Shown: positions 1 to 11,541 of the stretch, one piece after another
Position numbering within the stretch: position 1 is the first letter of the stretch
How the letters are laid out: each line of letters opens with the position of its first letter
Origin: Candidatus Bathyarchaeota archaeon
Lineage (GTDB): Archaea; Thermoproteota; Bathyarchaeia; Bathyarchaeales; DTEX01
Direction: 5' to 3'
Assembly: GCA_963714275.1 (NCBI GenBank)
Contig: CAVQNT010000002.1
Span: 704,001-768,000 of the forward strand
Length of the DNA: 64,000 nt
The notes under the pieces: generated by a model
Told to the model about the DNA's origin: nothing
Databases searched by the model: none
What the model saw: only the letters and a program-made list of their open reading frames with translations
Program-made: the position numbers and the translations under genes

Positions 1-786
1 GATTCCTGCTTCGATCATGGCAGGGACTATTTTTCGTACTGAGCCATCGCTGTGGTGGAAGGCGTAGGCTCCGTGGCTGTGCGCGAGATCAATCATCCGC
101 TTCATTCGTGGAACGAAGTATTCGCGTACATGTTCAGGCTTGAATAATAGTCCTGTTTGTCCGCCGAAGTCTTCTGCGACGTAGCTGAGCATGACTTGTT
201 TGGGTATCTGTTCGTAGATTCGTTTTGTGTTTTCGTAGCAGAAGCCAAACAGCTGGTCTAAGCAGTAGTGCACGATGTCTGGGTGAAGGTAAAGGTCGAG
301 GAAAGCCTGTTTCATGCCCCGTCACTCTTTGTAGGTAAGGAAGGGTTCTGAGCCACCTCCTCGTATGAGGTAGTCCTCGTAGCCTTTGACTTGGTCAGGA
401 ATCACGGAGTAATTGTACATGTCGACCGTGGGCCAAGTGTAGTTTTTCTTGATTTCGCTGACGGACTTGTATTCAGCCAGTGGGCTGTAGATGATTTCGC
501 TGTAGGTTCCTGTTTTGTGTTTTATGTCTCTGAAGCGGCAGCCATAGATGTTGGAGCCTTCAGGCGGAGTTGGACCCACATAGTTTGACCACACCGATAC
601 AACCGCGTCTATGCGCAGTTTTTCGTACATTTCCTTGGGCGTCCTGCATTTAAGGTGTCGCATGAGCCGTTCTGTGACTTCGGGCGTTGCCCAGTAGTCC
701 ATGGGGACGCGGTCGGGTTTCCTGCGTTCAAGCACAGCTAGCCACCGTTCCCTAGGAGTCATCTCGTCTTCTTTCATTTTGGGCAT
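1..786 (-). CDS. Uroporphyrinogen decarboxylase/cobamide methyltransferase (UroD/MtaA) family protein, 3' end off-window, frameshift near 325
   Basis: N-terminus MTPRERWLAVLERRKPDRVPMD is typical of the family. The shifted frame continues ...YVAEDFGGQTGLLFKPEHVREYFVPRMKRMIDLAHSHGAYAFHHSDGSVRKIVPAMIEAGI. Confidence 0.8.
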
Positions 787-1101
787 ATTCCTTTAGTATA
801 TTTATCAAAAATTATGACGTATTGTATTTACGGTTATAGGTTTAGAGCCTTTCTCTGTGCGGAAAAAACATCATTATTTATTGTCTTTCGACGTTCATCG
901 GTTCATTGCGTTTTTCGACTGGTCTGATTTGTGTAACATCCGACTTTCAATTTACAGCTAGCACTGTCATGTTCTTCAAATCTCGTTTGTCTGGTTAGAT
1001 ATAGAATTTGATCATTATAATACATGTTAATATTTAGGAAACGGTGTTCGGACTTTGGGTTCACAAGCGTATAATGAGTGTTTGTTGTTTGTTTGTGTTT
1101 T

Positions 1102-1248
1102 ATGGGTCAACGCGCAGAGCTAATGAGTATTAGGCAGTGCCGCCACCGTTGGCTTGAGTTAGGTTTGTCAGCCAAAAACGGTAAAAGGTACAGGCGGTGC
1201 GAAAATTGTGGCACAATCAGAGAAGACCGTCTATCCTACATTGCCTAG
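1102..1248 (+). CDS. Small zinc-ribbon-like protein (48 aa, or 41 aa from ATG 1123)
   Basis: Manual translation: MGQRAELMSIRQCRHRWLELGLSAKNGKRYRRCENCGTIREDRLSYIA, with C-x-H-x-W and C-x2-CG motifs. Below the ORF-track length cutoff. Confidence 0.55.
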   Translation: MGQRAELMSIRQCRHRWLELGLSAKNGKRYRRCENCGTIREDRLSYIA

Positions 1249-1374
1249 AGGCTCTGTTTTGTGTGACAATAAAGTTTTCCGTTTGTATGACAATGAAGAT
1301 TGAACATTTTTCTATTCTGCGTTGAATTAATATTACATCATGGGATGCAACTATCATAGACAAGTTTGATGTGC

Positions 1375-3775
1375 CTATTCTTCCGTTTTCTTTTCTACGA
1401 CGAATGTTGGGAACTCTTTGAGCCGTTCAGCCATTTCTCTGAGGCGTTTGTCGACTTTGTGGCTGATTGTGTTTTCCTCGAATGTTCCATCAGGTTTTTT
1501 CTTGCCAGCTTTAGTGCCAGTTAAGACTTCGATGCCTTCGTCTATGGTTTTCACCGAGTAGAGGTGGAACCTCCCATCTTTGACTGCCTCAACTATCTCC
1601 TCTTTCAGCATCAGGTTCTGAACGTTGCTTTCTGGCACCATCGCTCCTTGGTCGCCCGTGAACCCCCCTGCCTTGCACACTTCGTAGAATCCTTCGATTT
1701 TCTCGTTCACTCCGCCGATGGCTTGAACCTCGCCTTTCTGGTTAACTGAGCCTGTGACAGCAATGTTTTGTTTGATTGGGACTTCTGACAAGGCTGAAAT
1801 AAGGGCGTACAACTCTGTGCTTGAGGCGCTGTCCCCTTCGACTCCGCCGTAGCTCTGCTCAAAAACGAGGCGTGCGGAAAGGCTTAGAGGCTTGTCCCGA
1901 GCGTACTCATCCGAAAGGTAGCCGCTGAGAATCAACACTCCCTTCGTGTGGATGGGTCCGCCGAGCTTCGCTTCCCTTTCGATGTCCACGACTCCTTCGC
2001 GACCGATGCCTATGCTTGCCGTAACACGGGACGGCGTGCCGAAGCTGAAGTCTCCCATGCCCGAAACTGATAAACCGTTAACCTGCCCGACTGCTGAGCC
2101 CTCCGTGTCTATGAGGAGGACTCCGCGTTTAATCATCTCCTGAATTTTTTCCTGAATCATGTTTGACCTATAGATTTTTTCTTCAATCGCCCTTTTGACG
2201 TGGTCTGCCATGATGTAGTCGGAGTTGTCTTGAACCGCGTAAAAGTTGGCTTCCCGAATAATGTCCGCCACATCAGCGAACCTTGTGGAAAGCTTTTCTT
2301 GGTCCTCCGCAAGCCTCGACCCATACGCGATTATCTTAACAACCGCTGAAGCATCAAGATGTTTGAGGTTCCCTTTCTGGCAGAAGGCGCAGATGAAAGC
2401 TGCGTACTTGTGCATATTTTCTTCCGTGCGAACCATTGTGGTGTCGAAGTCCGCTTTAACCTTGAACAGCTCCTTGAACTGCGCGTCGTACATGTAAAGC
2501 ATCTCGTAAAGAAGCGGACTCCCGATGAGAACAACCTTAACATTCAACGGAATAGGCTCAGGCTTCAGTCCCTTCGTGGTAATGAACCCTAAGCTTTCGC
2601 CTGCCTCCTCAATCGTGACTTCCCTGTTAGTCAAAGCCCTCTTCAGGCTGTCCCACGAAAGCACATTGACAAGCGTTTCCTCGGCTGGAAGCACCAAATA
2701 GCCGCCATTAGCCCTGTGCAACGAACCGCCGTGAACCATCGTGAAGTCGGTAGTTAAGACCCCAAACCTTGCTTCCTTCTCGATTCTACCAATAAGGTTA
2801 TGGTAGGTGGGATTCCGTTCAACCACGACTGGCGCGCCCTTAAGTTCGGAGTTGTCAATGATGACCTTCACTTCGTACTTCCTGAATGGAAGCTCCTCCA
2901 TCCACGGAAATGGTTGCTGAGCCTTAGGTTCTCCGATAAACTGGTCAAGATTTTCGAGAACATCGTTCTGGACAGCGTTTAAATACTCGATGATTTCTTT
3001 AAAGTCCTTGTATTTTTCTTTAAGTTCGTTAACCGCAAACTCGATTGTGTAAAGGGCAACATCACGGTCCATCTTCTTAATTTCTTCGTCAGTCTTCTTC
3101 GCCAACCCTCTGAGCTGCCTCATTGCGTTCCTCAAGTCAGCGTTCAAAGTGTCCCTTCTCTTCTGAATTTCAGCCCTCAATTCAGGACTCAACGAAAGAA
3201 AATCTTTCTCGTTTAAAGGACGACCTTTCACGACAGGAATAGTCAACAATCCAACAGGGCTGCTTTGGAGGACGAAGCCTTCAGACTTGGGCTTTCTTGT
3301 TAAGTTCCGCGAAGAGCTGCTCCCTTTCGGTTTCTATGGCTCCAATCGTGGCTTCCCTTTTCGCAGTGTAATCCTCGCTTTCGAACGCCTTTGGAAGTCC
3401 CTTTCGCACCTCATCGATGAGGTTTGCCAAGTCCTTCTGAAAAACTTTTGCTTTCCCCGGAGGAAGACTTATCGCGTTAGGCTCGTAGGAATTCTGAAAA
3501 TTGTACACGTAACACCAATCGTTTGGAACAGGCTTTGTTTTCGCTACTTCCTCCAAAAAGTTTTTAACGGTAGTGGTTCTGCCTGTGCCAGAAACGCCTG
3601 CCGCATAAATGTTGAACCCACGTTCCTTTATGTCTATTCCGAACCTTAACGCCCGAATAGCCCTTTCCTGACCGATGATCTCTTCAAGTGGCGACAACTC
3701 CTCGGTCGTGTCACATTTCATTAAGTTAGGATCACATTCTTTCCGAAGATCCTCAGGAGCCAATTCCCTGACCAA
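1375..3775 (-). CDS. Lon-like protease, LonC/AAA_32 + S16 type, frameshift near 3281
   Basis: IIGQERA, degenerate Walker A GVSGTGRTT, LHRANGGYL, catalytic EGDSAS and GGVNEKIEG. ORFs 3281-3775 and 1375-3249 join into one protein. Confidence 0.9.
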
Positions 3776-3879
3776 ACAAACTCACCCCAAAACAATAAAC
3801 ATCCGTACATTGTATTATGTTTTATTTGTTCTTAAAAATATGCATGGAAGCTGAATGCCCTTTAGGTTAACATGTCGCA

Positions 3880-5237
3880 TCATGCTTCGAAGGAACGAAT
3901 CAGTGAGGCTGCAAACTTTATGGAGTTCATGTAATCCTTGATTTTTATGTTTTCGTTGGGCGCGTGAGCCTTGGAATCTGGGTATCCGACGCCGCCTGCA
4001 GAAGCAACGGGGATTCCCATCCAATTCTTAACCACGTAAATTGGGCTTGTCCCCGCAACCGTCGGCCAAACAACAGGTTTAGAGCCATAAATCCTTTCAG
4101 CTGTTTCGATCACCCGCTTCACAAACGGGTCGCCGAGAGGAGTCTTCGCAGGCTCGTAGCCGCTGTGGTTTATGACCGTTATGTCGCCGAATCTTTGGCT
4201 TATCAAGTACTTTTTTAACCGTTGGAGCTGAACATCGGGTTTCTGAGCCTCAACCAGCCTGAAGTCAACCTTAGCCATAGCTTCGGAAGGCAGAACAGTC
4301 TTTGAGCCTGGTCCCGTGTATCCACTTCAAACCCAGCGATGTTGCATGTCGGCGAAAAACGCAGAATTTTCTGGCTCTCAATGCCCGTTACTCCGTGAAG
4401 GTATTCTTTGAGTCCCAGTTCTTCCTTGATTGTCTCTTCGTCGAAGGGCGCTTCTTTAAGCAACTGAACCTCCTTTTCGGTCGGCGGAACCACCTCGTCG
4501 TACCAGCCTGGAATCTTGATTTTCTCGTCTGGTCCTTTTAATGATGAAAGCAGCCAAACCAGCCTCCACGCTGGGTTTGGAACAACAGGAGCCATGGACG
4601 AATGCACATCCCTTTTTGGTCCCTTGGCTCTGAACTCCACGTAAAGTATGCCTTTGACGCCGAGGCTGACGTTCGGTCGGTTGTGCTGGTCCACGCCGTC
4701 GCCTTCCCACACGTAGCCATCGGCTTTCAGAAGGTCCATGTTTCCTTTTACAAAGGACCCGAGGTGTGGACTTCCAATTTCCTCCTCGCCTTCCACGAAG
4801 AACTTCAGGTTCATGGGGATTCGTCCGTAAACCGCCTTCAAAGCCTTAACAGCCTCCAAACGGGCTACGAGGCTTCCCTTGTTGTCTTCGACACCTCGAG
4901 CAAAGATTTTTCCGTCCACGACTTTGGCTTCGAAGGGAGGAGAATCCCACAGCTCCAAGGGTTCAGGAGGCTGCACATCGTAGTGGTTGTAGAATCCCAG
5001 AGTCTGCTTAGCACCTTGCAACTTGAGTTCGCCAAAAACGACGGGGTTTCCATCCCTAACCGGAATAACCTTGACATCGATTCCAGCCTCAGTCATCATT
5101 TCTGTCAAGAGATGAACGCATTCGTGTATGCCTTTGTTTTGTGCGGAAATGCTTGGCTGTTTGCAGATTTTTCGTAGGTCTTCAACGTAGCCATCAACGT
5201 GCGAGTCGATGTAACTAAACAATTTCTGCGTGGACAT
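3880..5237 (-). CDS. M20/M25/M40 family metallopeptidase (dipeptidase), frameshift near 4310
   Basis: YNHYDVQP, ARGVEDNKG, EGEEEIGS and C-terminal HAPNENI motifs across two overlapping ORFs. Confidence 0.9.
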
Positions 5238-5327
5238 TTACCCTTAATCCTCCAAACTAAATGAGTTATTGTGAACCGCATGGACTATAAGCTTTAAGCC
5301 AAAAACGACGCAGCTGGATTACACATT

Positions 5328-5828
5328 TTACCACGGCAATTTCCCGTGCTTCTTAACGTAACTCACAAGCCCGCCCTCGGAAAGAATAACCCTCAGCTGA
5401 GGCGGAAAAGGCTTAACAGCGTAGGATTCGCCTTTCGAAATGTTCCTGACAACCCCCTTCGCCAAATCGACCTCAAGGAGGTCTCCTTCACTAATTCTGT
5501 CAGCCTGTTCGCATTCAACCGCGGGCAACCCAATGTTCAAGGCGTTCCGGTAAAAGATTCGTGCAAAAGACTTCGCGATGACGGCAGACACACCCAGATG
5601 CATGAGGACAAGAGGCGCCTGTTCACGGCTTGAGCCGCAACCAAAGTTTTTTCCTGCAACCACATAGTCGTCTTTCTGAACCTTTTCAGCAAAATCAGGC
5701 ATGGCAGCTTCCATCGCGTGCTTCGAAAGCTGGTCAAGGTCAGTTATGCTGAGCTTGTATTTTCCCGAGATTATGATGTCGGTGTTGACGTCGTCCCCGA
5801 ACTTCCAAGACTTGCCACTTTTTACCAA
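5328..5828 (-). CDS. leuD: 3-isopropylmalate dehydratase/homoaconitase small subunit (second copy)
   Basis: [38 protein letters not shown]. Confidence 0.85.
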   Translation of the reverse strand: MVKSGKSWKFGDDVNTDIIISGKYKLSITDLDQLSKHAMEAAMPDFAEKVQKDDYVVAGKNFGCGSSREQAPLVLMHLGVSAVIAKSFARIFYRNALNIGLPAVECEQADRISEGDLLEVDLAKGVVRNISKGESYAVKPFPPQLRVILSEGGLVSYVKKHGKLPW

Positions 5829-5833
5829 TCAGC

Positions 5834-7096
5834 CTAAGCCTCCTTCAACAATCTTCTAGGGTCAGTTAACTTACCCTCAACCGCCGTGGCAGCTGCAGTC
5901 GCAGGCGAAACCAAGAAAATCTGGGACTCCACGCTTCCCATCCTCGCCTTAAAGTTGCGGTTAGACGTGGAAACACACACTTCGCCAGACGCCAAGATGC
6001 CTTGATGCCCACCAGCGCACGGTCCACAACCCGGATTGCAGACTGCACACCCAGCGTTAACAAAAACCTCGATTAAACCTTCCTTCAAAGCCTGCATGTA
6101 AACCGTCCGCGACGCAGGGGTAACAATCACACGTACTCCTTTCTTCGCTTTCTTTCCTTTCATGATTTCCGCCACTATTCGAAGGTCATACATTCGCCCG
6201 TTTGTGCACGAGCCAATGAACACCTGATTGACCTCTTTTCCCTCAACCTCCGAGACGGATTTAACGTTGTCAACTAAGTCTGGGCACGCAACTTGAGGTT
6301 CAAGGTTTGACGCATCAAAACGAAGCTCCCCACAATACTCGGCGTCCTCATCACTCTTGAATCCCGCGTGAGGCTTGTGCCCCAGCGATTTCAGGTAAGC
6401 AGCGGTCTTCGCATCAGGTTCAACCAAGCCCGTTTTAGCGCCCATCTCAATAGCCATGTTCGAAAGAGTTAGCCTCCCTTCAACATCCATCGCCTTAATG
6501 GTTGACCCCTGATATTCTATGGCTTTATAGCTGGCTCCGTCAGCCTTCACGGTTCCAACAATCTTCAAAATCACGTCTTTAGGGAAAACCATAGGCGGTA
6601 GCTCACTGTCTACGGTAACCTTCAATGTTTCAGGAACCTTGAACCACAGCTTCCCCGATAAGAAAACAGCAGCCATCTCCGTTGAGCCTATACCCGTGGC
6701 GAAGGAGCCAATTGCCCCGTAAGTGCACGTGTGAGAGTCAGAGCCGACGACGAGACCGCCCGGAAACGCCAAACCAGATTCGACCATGAGCTGGTGGCAC
6801 ACGCCTGAGCCCACCTCGTAAAAGTTGGTTCCGTGTTGAAGGGCAAACTCCCGCAGGTTTTTCTGAACCGCTGAAATGGCTTCGTTGGCGCTTGGCGCAA
6901 CATGGTCGATGACAGCCGCGACCTTGGAGGGGTCCCAAAGCCGTTTTCCACCCATCTCCCTGAAGGCGTCTATCACGAGCTTCGCCATCGAATCGTGCAT
7001 CATGGCAGCATCAATGTTCGCGATGACGATGTCTCCCCTGTAGGCTTCCTTTCCCGAAGCGTGGCTAAGAATTTTTTCGGATATGGTCTTGCCCAT
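5834..7096 (-). CDS. leuC: 3-isopropylmalate dehydratase/homoaconitase large subunit (second copy)
   Basis: [39 protein letters not shown]. Confidence 0.85.
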   Translation of the reverse strand: MGKTISEKILSHASGKEAYRGDIVIANIDAAMMHDSMAKLVIDAFREMGGKRLWDPSKVAAVIDHVAPSANEAISAVQKNLREFALQHGTNFYEVGSGVCHQLMVESGLAFPGGLVVGSDSHTCTYGAIGSFATGIGSTEMAAVFLSGKLWFKVPETLKVTVDSELPPMVFPKDVILKIVGTVKADGASYKAIEYQGSTIKAMDVEGRLTLSNMAIEMGAKTGLVEPDAKTAAYLKSLGHKPHAGFKSDEDAEYCGELRFDASNLEPQVACPDLVDNVKSVSEVEGKEVNQVFIGSCTNGRMYDLRIVAEIMKGKKAKKGVRVIVTPASRTVYMQALKEGLIEVFVNAGCAVCNPGCGPCAGGHQGILASGEVCVSTSNRNFKARMGSVESQIFLVSPATAAATAVEGKLTDPRRLLKEA

Positions 7097-7177
7097 TTTC
7101 CAAACCTCAACAAACTGAATATACCATTCTAAAAAAGGTTGTCCTCCAAAAAGAAGGTTACGCCACTCGTTTGATGC

Positions 7178-8705
7178 CTAATCTTGTGGTTTGTCTTGAC
7201 GTCTCTGTCTCGCCAGCAGCTTGTTTATGCCATTAATCATGGCTTCGACGCTTGCCATCACGATGTCTTCGCGGGCGCCCCTTGCGGAAATGACGTTTCC
7301 GTCTTTGCCCTCGACCTTTATTATGACCTCTGCAACAGCGTTCGACCCGCCTGTCAACGCCTCGAGACGGTACTCCGTTAACCGCACATTTGCGAGATTA
7401 TTCGTTATTTTCTGAATAGCCTTAATGGCAGCGTCCACTGGACCGACGCCTGTTTCAGCAGCAATGTAATCTTTGCCGTCAAGCGTCAGCTTCACCGACG
7501 CTGTGGGGATAACGTGGATGCCGGTTGTTACCGCGAAATCGGTCAGATTAATGATCCGTTCTTCAGCAGCCTCGCCGATGACGGTTCTGGAAATGGCAAA
7601 CAGGTCGTCGTCCGTCACGGTTTTGCCTTTGTCGCCCAAGTCTTTCACGCGGTTCACAATCTCCAGAAGCTGAGCTTCGTTCGGATGAAGCCCTGACTCT
7701 TCAAGTTCAGCCTTTATCCCGTGTTTCCCGGCGAGCTTGCCAGCTATCAGCCTTCTCCGTCTGCCTACGACCTCTGGGCTGAACGGTTCAAAAGTCAAAG
7801 GCTCCACGGTCACGCCTCGCGTGTGGACGCCTGACTCGTGCGAGAAAGCGTTTTCGCCGACGATAGCCTTGTTCGGCTGAATCATGATGCCCGTTAATCG
7901 GGAAACAAGCCTTGAGGTGCCGTAAAGGAGCTGCGTGTTTATCCTTGTCTTCTTTTTGTAGATGAGCTGAAGCCCCATCACGACCTCTTCCAGCGACGCG
8001 TTCCCCGCTCTTTCTCCTAAACCGTTCACGGCTACATGGACTTGGGATGCACCCCCGACCACTCCAGCTAAAGAGTTCGCAACAGCTAAGCCGAAATCGT
8101 TGTGGCAGTGAACGCTTAAGGGAGTCTTCAAAACGGCTTTAAGGTCCCGAATCGAGCTTTTCCATAGAATTGGGTTTCATGATGCCCACGGTGTCCGGAA
8201 TGTTGATTCGGTCTGCTCCCGCTTCTTCTGCTACTTTGCAGATTTTCTTCAGAAAAGCTATCTTAGTTCGCGTCGCATCCATCGGAGAAAACTCGCAGAC
8301 GACTCCGTGGTCCTTAATGTACTGGACTGAGTCCAGCGCAGCTTTCAAAACCTGTTCAGGAGTCATGCCTAAAGCGTACTTCATCTGGACTTCTGAGGTT
8401 GAGATAAAAGTATGAATTGAATTTGGGTTGCACGCCAAGGCAATGTCCAAATCGTTCTTCTTTGTTCGGGTTAAACAGCAGACCTCAGCCTTCAAACCTG
8501 CGGACACGATGTTTTTGATGGCTCTTTGTTCACCCTCGGACGACGATGGAAACCCAGCCTCAATCGTGTCGACGCCTAGATTGTCGAGCTGCACAGCAAT
8601 CTCCAACTTCTGTTCAGGCGTAAGAGACACGCCAGGCGTCTGCTCTCCATCCCTCATGGTTGTATCGAAAATTCTGATTTTTTCCATGTCTTTCTTATCC
8701 TCCAA
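7178..8705 (-). CDS. leuA: 2-isopropylmalate synthase, frameshift near 8140
   Basis: [38 protein letters not shown] and a C-terminal regulatory domain (GVGPVDA). Lies between leuB and leuC. Confidence 0.85.
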
Positions 8706-8715
8706 AAACCGTTAC

Positions 8716-9747
8716 CTAAAGATTCAATTCCGCAATCTCGGCAGCTATGGCTTCACCCATCTGAACCGTTGTGAGCTTGCCTCCGAAATCTGGAACCGTT
8801 AATCCCTTGCTTAGGGCTTTAACCATGCCTTCTTCGACTGCGTCAGCTGCCTTTTTACACGTAGGATCGTTGTGTTTTTCGCTTAGCCATTCAAGCATCA
8901 TCTTCGAAGCCAAAACCATCGAACACGGGTTAGCTGTGTGCTTGCCAACTCTCGTAGGCGCAGCCCCGTGGACGGGTTCAAAAAGGGCAAAGTTGTCGCC
9001 AATATTCGCGCCCGGAGCCATACCGAGTCCGCCAACCAGCTGGGCTGCCTCATCCGAGAGGATGTCGCCGAAAAGGTTCGTCGTAACAATCACGTCGTAC
9101 TCTTGGGGTTCCTTGATCAGCCTCATCGAAGCCGCGTCAACGTACTGTTCGTTGAAGATTACGTTCGGATACTTCTTTGCGACTTCCCTGCAAACCTCGG
9201 CAAAGAGCCCGCACGTCTTCCTCAAAACGTTGGCTTTGTGGACAGCTGTAACTTTTCTTTTGCCGTTTCTTTGCACCACTATTTCGAAGGCTTTTTTGGC
9301 TATGCGTTCGCTTCCTTTTCGGGTGATGACTCTTAATGCGATGGCAGCATCGTCAATCATGAACTCGAAGCCCTTGTAGAGTCCCTCCGTGTTTTCCCTC
9401 ACAATAACGAGGTCGATGTCACCTCTATGGCACGGCACCCTAGGATACGCCTTTATTGGACGAATGTTGGCGTAAAGGTCAAACATCATCCTCAACTTAA
9501 CAACAACGTCAGCAGCAGTTTCGCCCACTGGTCCCTTAAGGCATACATGAGAGTCACGAATCGCCTCAACAGTTTCTTCGGGAAGCGCAACTCCCCTTTT
9601 TTCCAGACAAGCGTCACCTGCCTCCAATTTAGTGAAGCCAAGCTTAAGACCAAACTTTTCCTGAACCGCATCCATGACGCAAAGCGTGGTTTCAGTTAAT
9701 TCTGGACCGATTCCGTCTCCCGGAATTAGGGCGACTTTGTATTTCAC
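8716..9747 (-). CDS. leuB: 3-isopropylmalate dehydrogenase (isocitrate/isopropylmalate family)
   Basis: IPGDGIGPE, RENTEGLY, HKANV, NLFGDILSD, FEPVHGAAP. Confidence 0.9.
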   Translation of the reverse strand: MKYKVALIPGDGIGPELTETTLCVMDAVQEKFGLKLGFTKLEAGDACLEKRGVALPEETVEAIRDSHVCLKGPVGETAADVVVKLRMMFDLYANIRPIKAYPRVPCHRGDIDLVIVRENTEGLYKGFEFMIDDAAIALRVITRKGSERIAKKAFEIVVQRNGKRKVTAVHKANVLRKTCGLFAEVCREVAKKYPNVIFNEQYVDAASMRLIKEPQEYDVIVTTNLFGDILSDEAAQLVGGLGMAPGANIGDNFALFEPVHGAAPTRVGKHTANPCSMVLASKMMLEWLSEKHNDPTCKKAADAVEEGMVKALSKGLTVPDFGGKLTTVQMGEAIAAEIAELNL

Positions 9748-10244
9748 GGGTTTTTTCCTCCTTTCTTTTTCAGATGAGCGATTAAACCTCCGTCCTGCAG
9801 AATCTTGAGTATGAATTCGGGAAGCTTCGTTGCCTTGATGGTGCGGTTCCGTGTTTCGTTCACGATTCGTCCTTCTTCAAGGCTGACTGCGAGCACATCG
9901 CCTTCCTCGACCTCTTTCGAGACGTTTGGGCTTTCAAGAACAGGCAACCCGATGTTGATTGCGTTCCTGAAAAATATTCGGGCAAAGGACTCGGCAAGTA
10001 TGCACTTTACGCCAGCATACTTTAGAGCCAACGGAGCCTGCTCACGGCTTGAGCCACACCCGAAGTTTTTTCTAGCAACAATGATGACTCCGTTTTTGGC
10101 TTTTTCCGAAAAGTTCGGGTTCAACCCTTCCATCGCGTGCTTCGCCATCTCCGTTGGGTCCAGCAAAGTCAAGTATTTTCCGGGAATAATGGCGTCGGTG
10201 TTTACGTCGTCTCCGAAAACCGTGGCTTTACCTGAAACCTTCAA
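9744..10244 (-). CDS. leuD: 3-isopropylmalate dehydratase small subunit
   Basis: TTG start at 10244 after GGAGG; [27 protein letters not shown]. Confidence 0.9.
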   Translation of the reverse strand: MKVSGKATVFGDDVNTDAIIPGKYLTLLDPTEMAKHAMEGLNPNFSEKAKNGVIIVARKNFGCGSSREQAPLALKYAGVKCILAESFARIFFRNAINIGLPVLESPNVSKEVEEGDVLAVSLEEGRIVNETRNRTIKATKLPEFILKILQDGGLIAHLKKKGGKNP

Positions 10245-10248
10245 ATTG

Positions 10249-11512
10249 CTAAGCCTCCTGAAAATATGCTGGGTCAACAATCTTGCCAGCAACAGCTGAA
10301 GCAGCAACGGTAGCTGGAGAAGCCAAGTATATTTGGGCTTCAGGGCTGCCCATTCTTCCTACAAAGTTTCTGTTAGAGGTGCTAACGCAGACTTCGCCAG
10401 CAGTAAGTAATCCCATGTGACCGCCGAAACAGGCTCCACACGTAGGATTGCACACGAAACCCCCAGCCTTCACAAAAACCTCGAACAAACCACGCTGCAA
10501 AGCCTGCATGTAAACCTCCTGCGAAGCTGGAGTAACGATCAGCCTCACGTCTCTAGCGACCTTTCTTCCATCAAGGAACCTTGCTGCTAGTTCAAGGTCT
10601 TCCAGCCGACCGTTTGTGCATGAGCCTATGAAAGTCTTGGTCAATTTTGGTTCCTTCGACGTCTTTGACTGGCTTCACGTTGTCAACCGAGTGCGGGCAT
10701 GCAACCTGAGATGTAAGCTTGTCCAAGTTCACCTCAACCGTTTTTTCGTATGTCGCATCTAGGTCGCTTGTTAAAACCTTGAATGGCTTATCGGTGACGG
10801 TTTTAACGTATTCCAGAGTAACCTTGTCTGGGTTGATTAAGCCCGTTTTGGCGCCCATCTCAACCGTCATGTTGCAGATAGTCATTCGTCCGCTCATACC
10901 GATTCCGCTAATGGCTGAGCCCGTAAACTCTACAGCCCTGTAGTTTGCGCCGTCAGCTCCGACCTCGCCAATTACGTGTAATATGAGGTCTTTGGGAGCC
11001 ACGGACTTCTGGAATTTTCCGTCCACCACGATTCTGATGGACGATGGAACCCTAAGCCAGATCGTTCCAGTGGCGAAGACTCCAGCCATCTCGGTTGAGC
11101 CTATACCCGTAGCGAAGGAGCCTACGCAACCATAGGTGCACGTGTGAGAGTCTGCGCCTACTACGAGTTCGCCTGGGAGAACGTGACCTTTCTCAACCAT
11201 GACTTGGTGGCAAACGCCTCCGTGACCTACGTCATAAAACAACGGAATGCTCTGTTCTTTGGCGAAGGTTCTCATGATTTTGTGAAGCTCAGCTGACTTC
11301 ACGGAGTCAGCGGGAACATGATGGTCCAGAATCATGACTACGCGTTTCTTGTCCCAAACTTTCGGAGTTCCGATTTCCTTGAACGCTTGGATGGCGAGTG
11401 GACCAGTGATTTCGTTAATCATTGCCTCGTCGACTTTGGCGTCTACGATGTCGCCTAGTTTAACCTCATCCTTTCCCGAAGCCGACGCGAGAATTTTCTC
11501 CGCAATGTTCAT
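10249..11512 (-). CDS. leuC: 3-isopropylmalate dehydratase large subunit, frameshift near 10635
   Basis: [13 protein letters not shown], then FIGSCTNGR and [11 protein letters not shown] in the shifted frame. Confidence 0.9.
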
Positions 11513-11541
11513 TATCTTCGTTTTTCCATGATGTCTTAATG

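Noticed and set aside
134-325. 63-aa ORF listed as a separate gene
   Set aside because: Off-frame shadow of the frameshifted UroD-family gene.
8771-10299. Long plus-strand ORFs opposite leuB/leuD (and similar antisense ORFs elsewhere)
   Set aside because: Antisense shadows of well-supported genes, with no motifs of their own.
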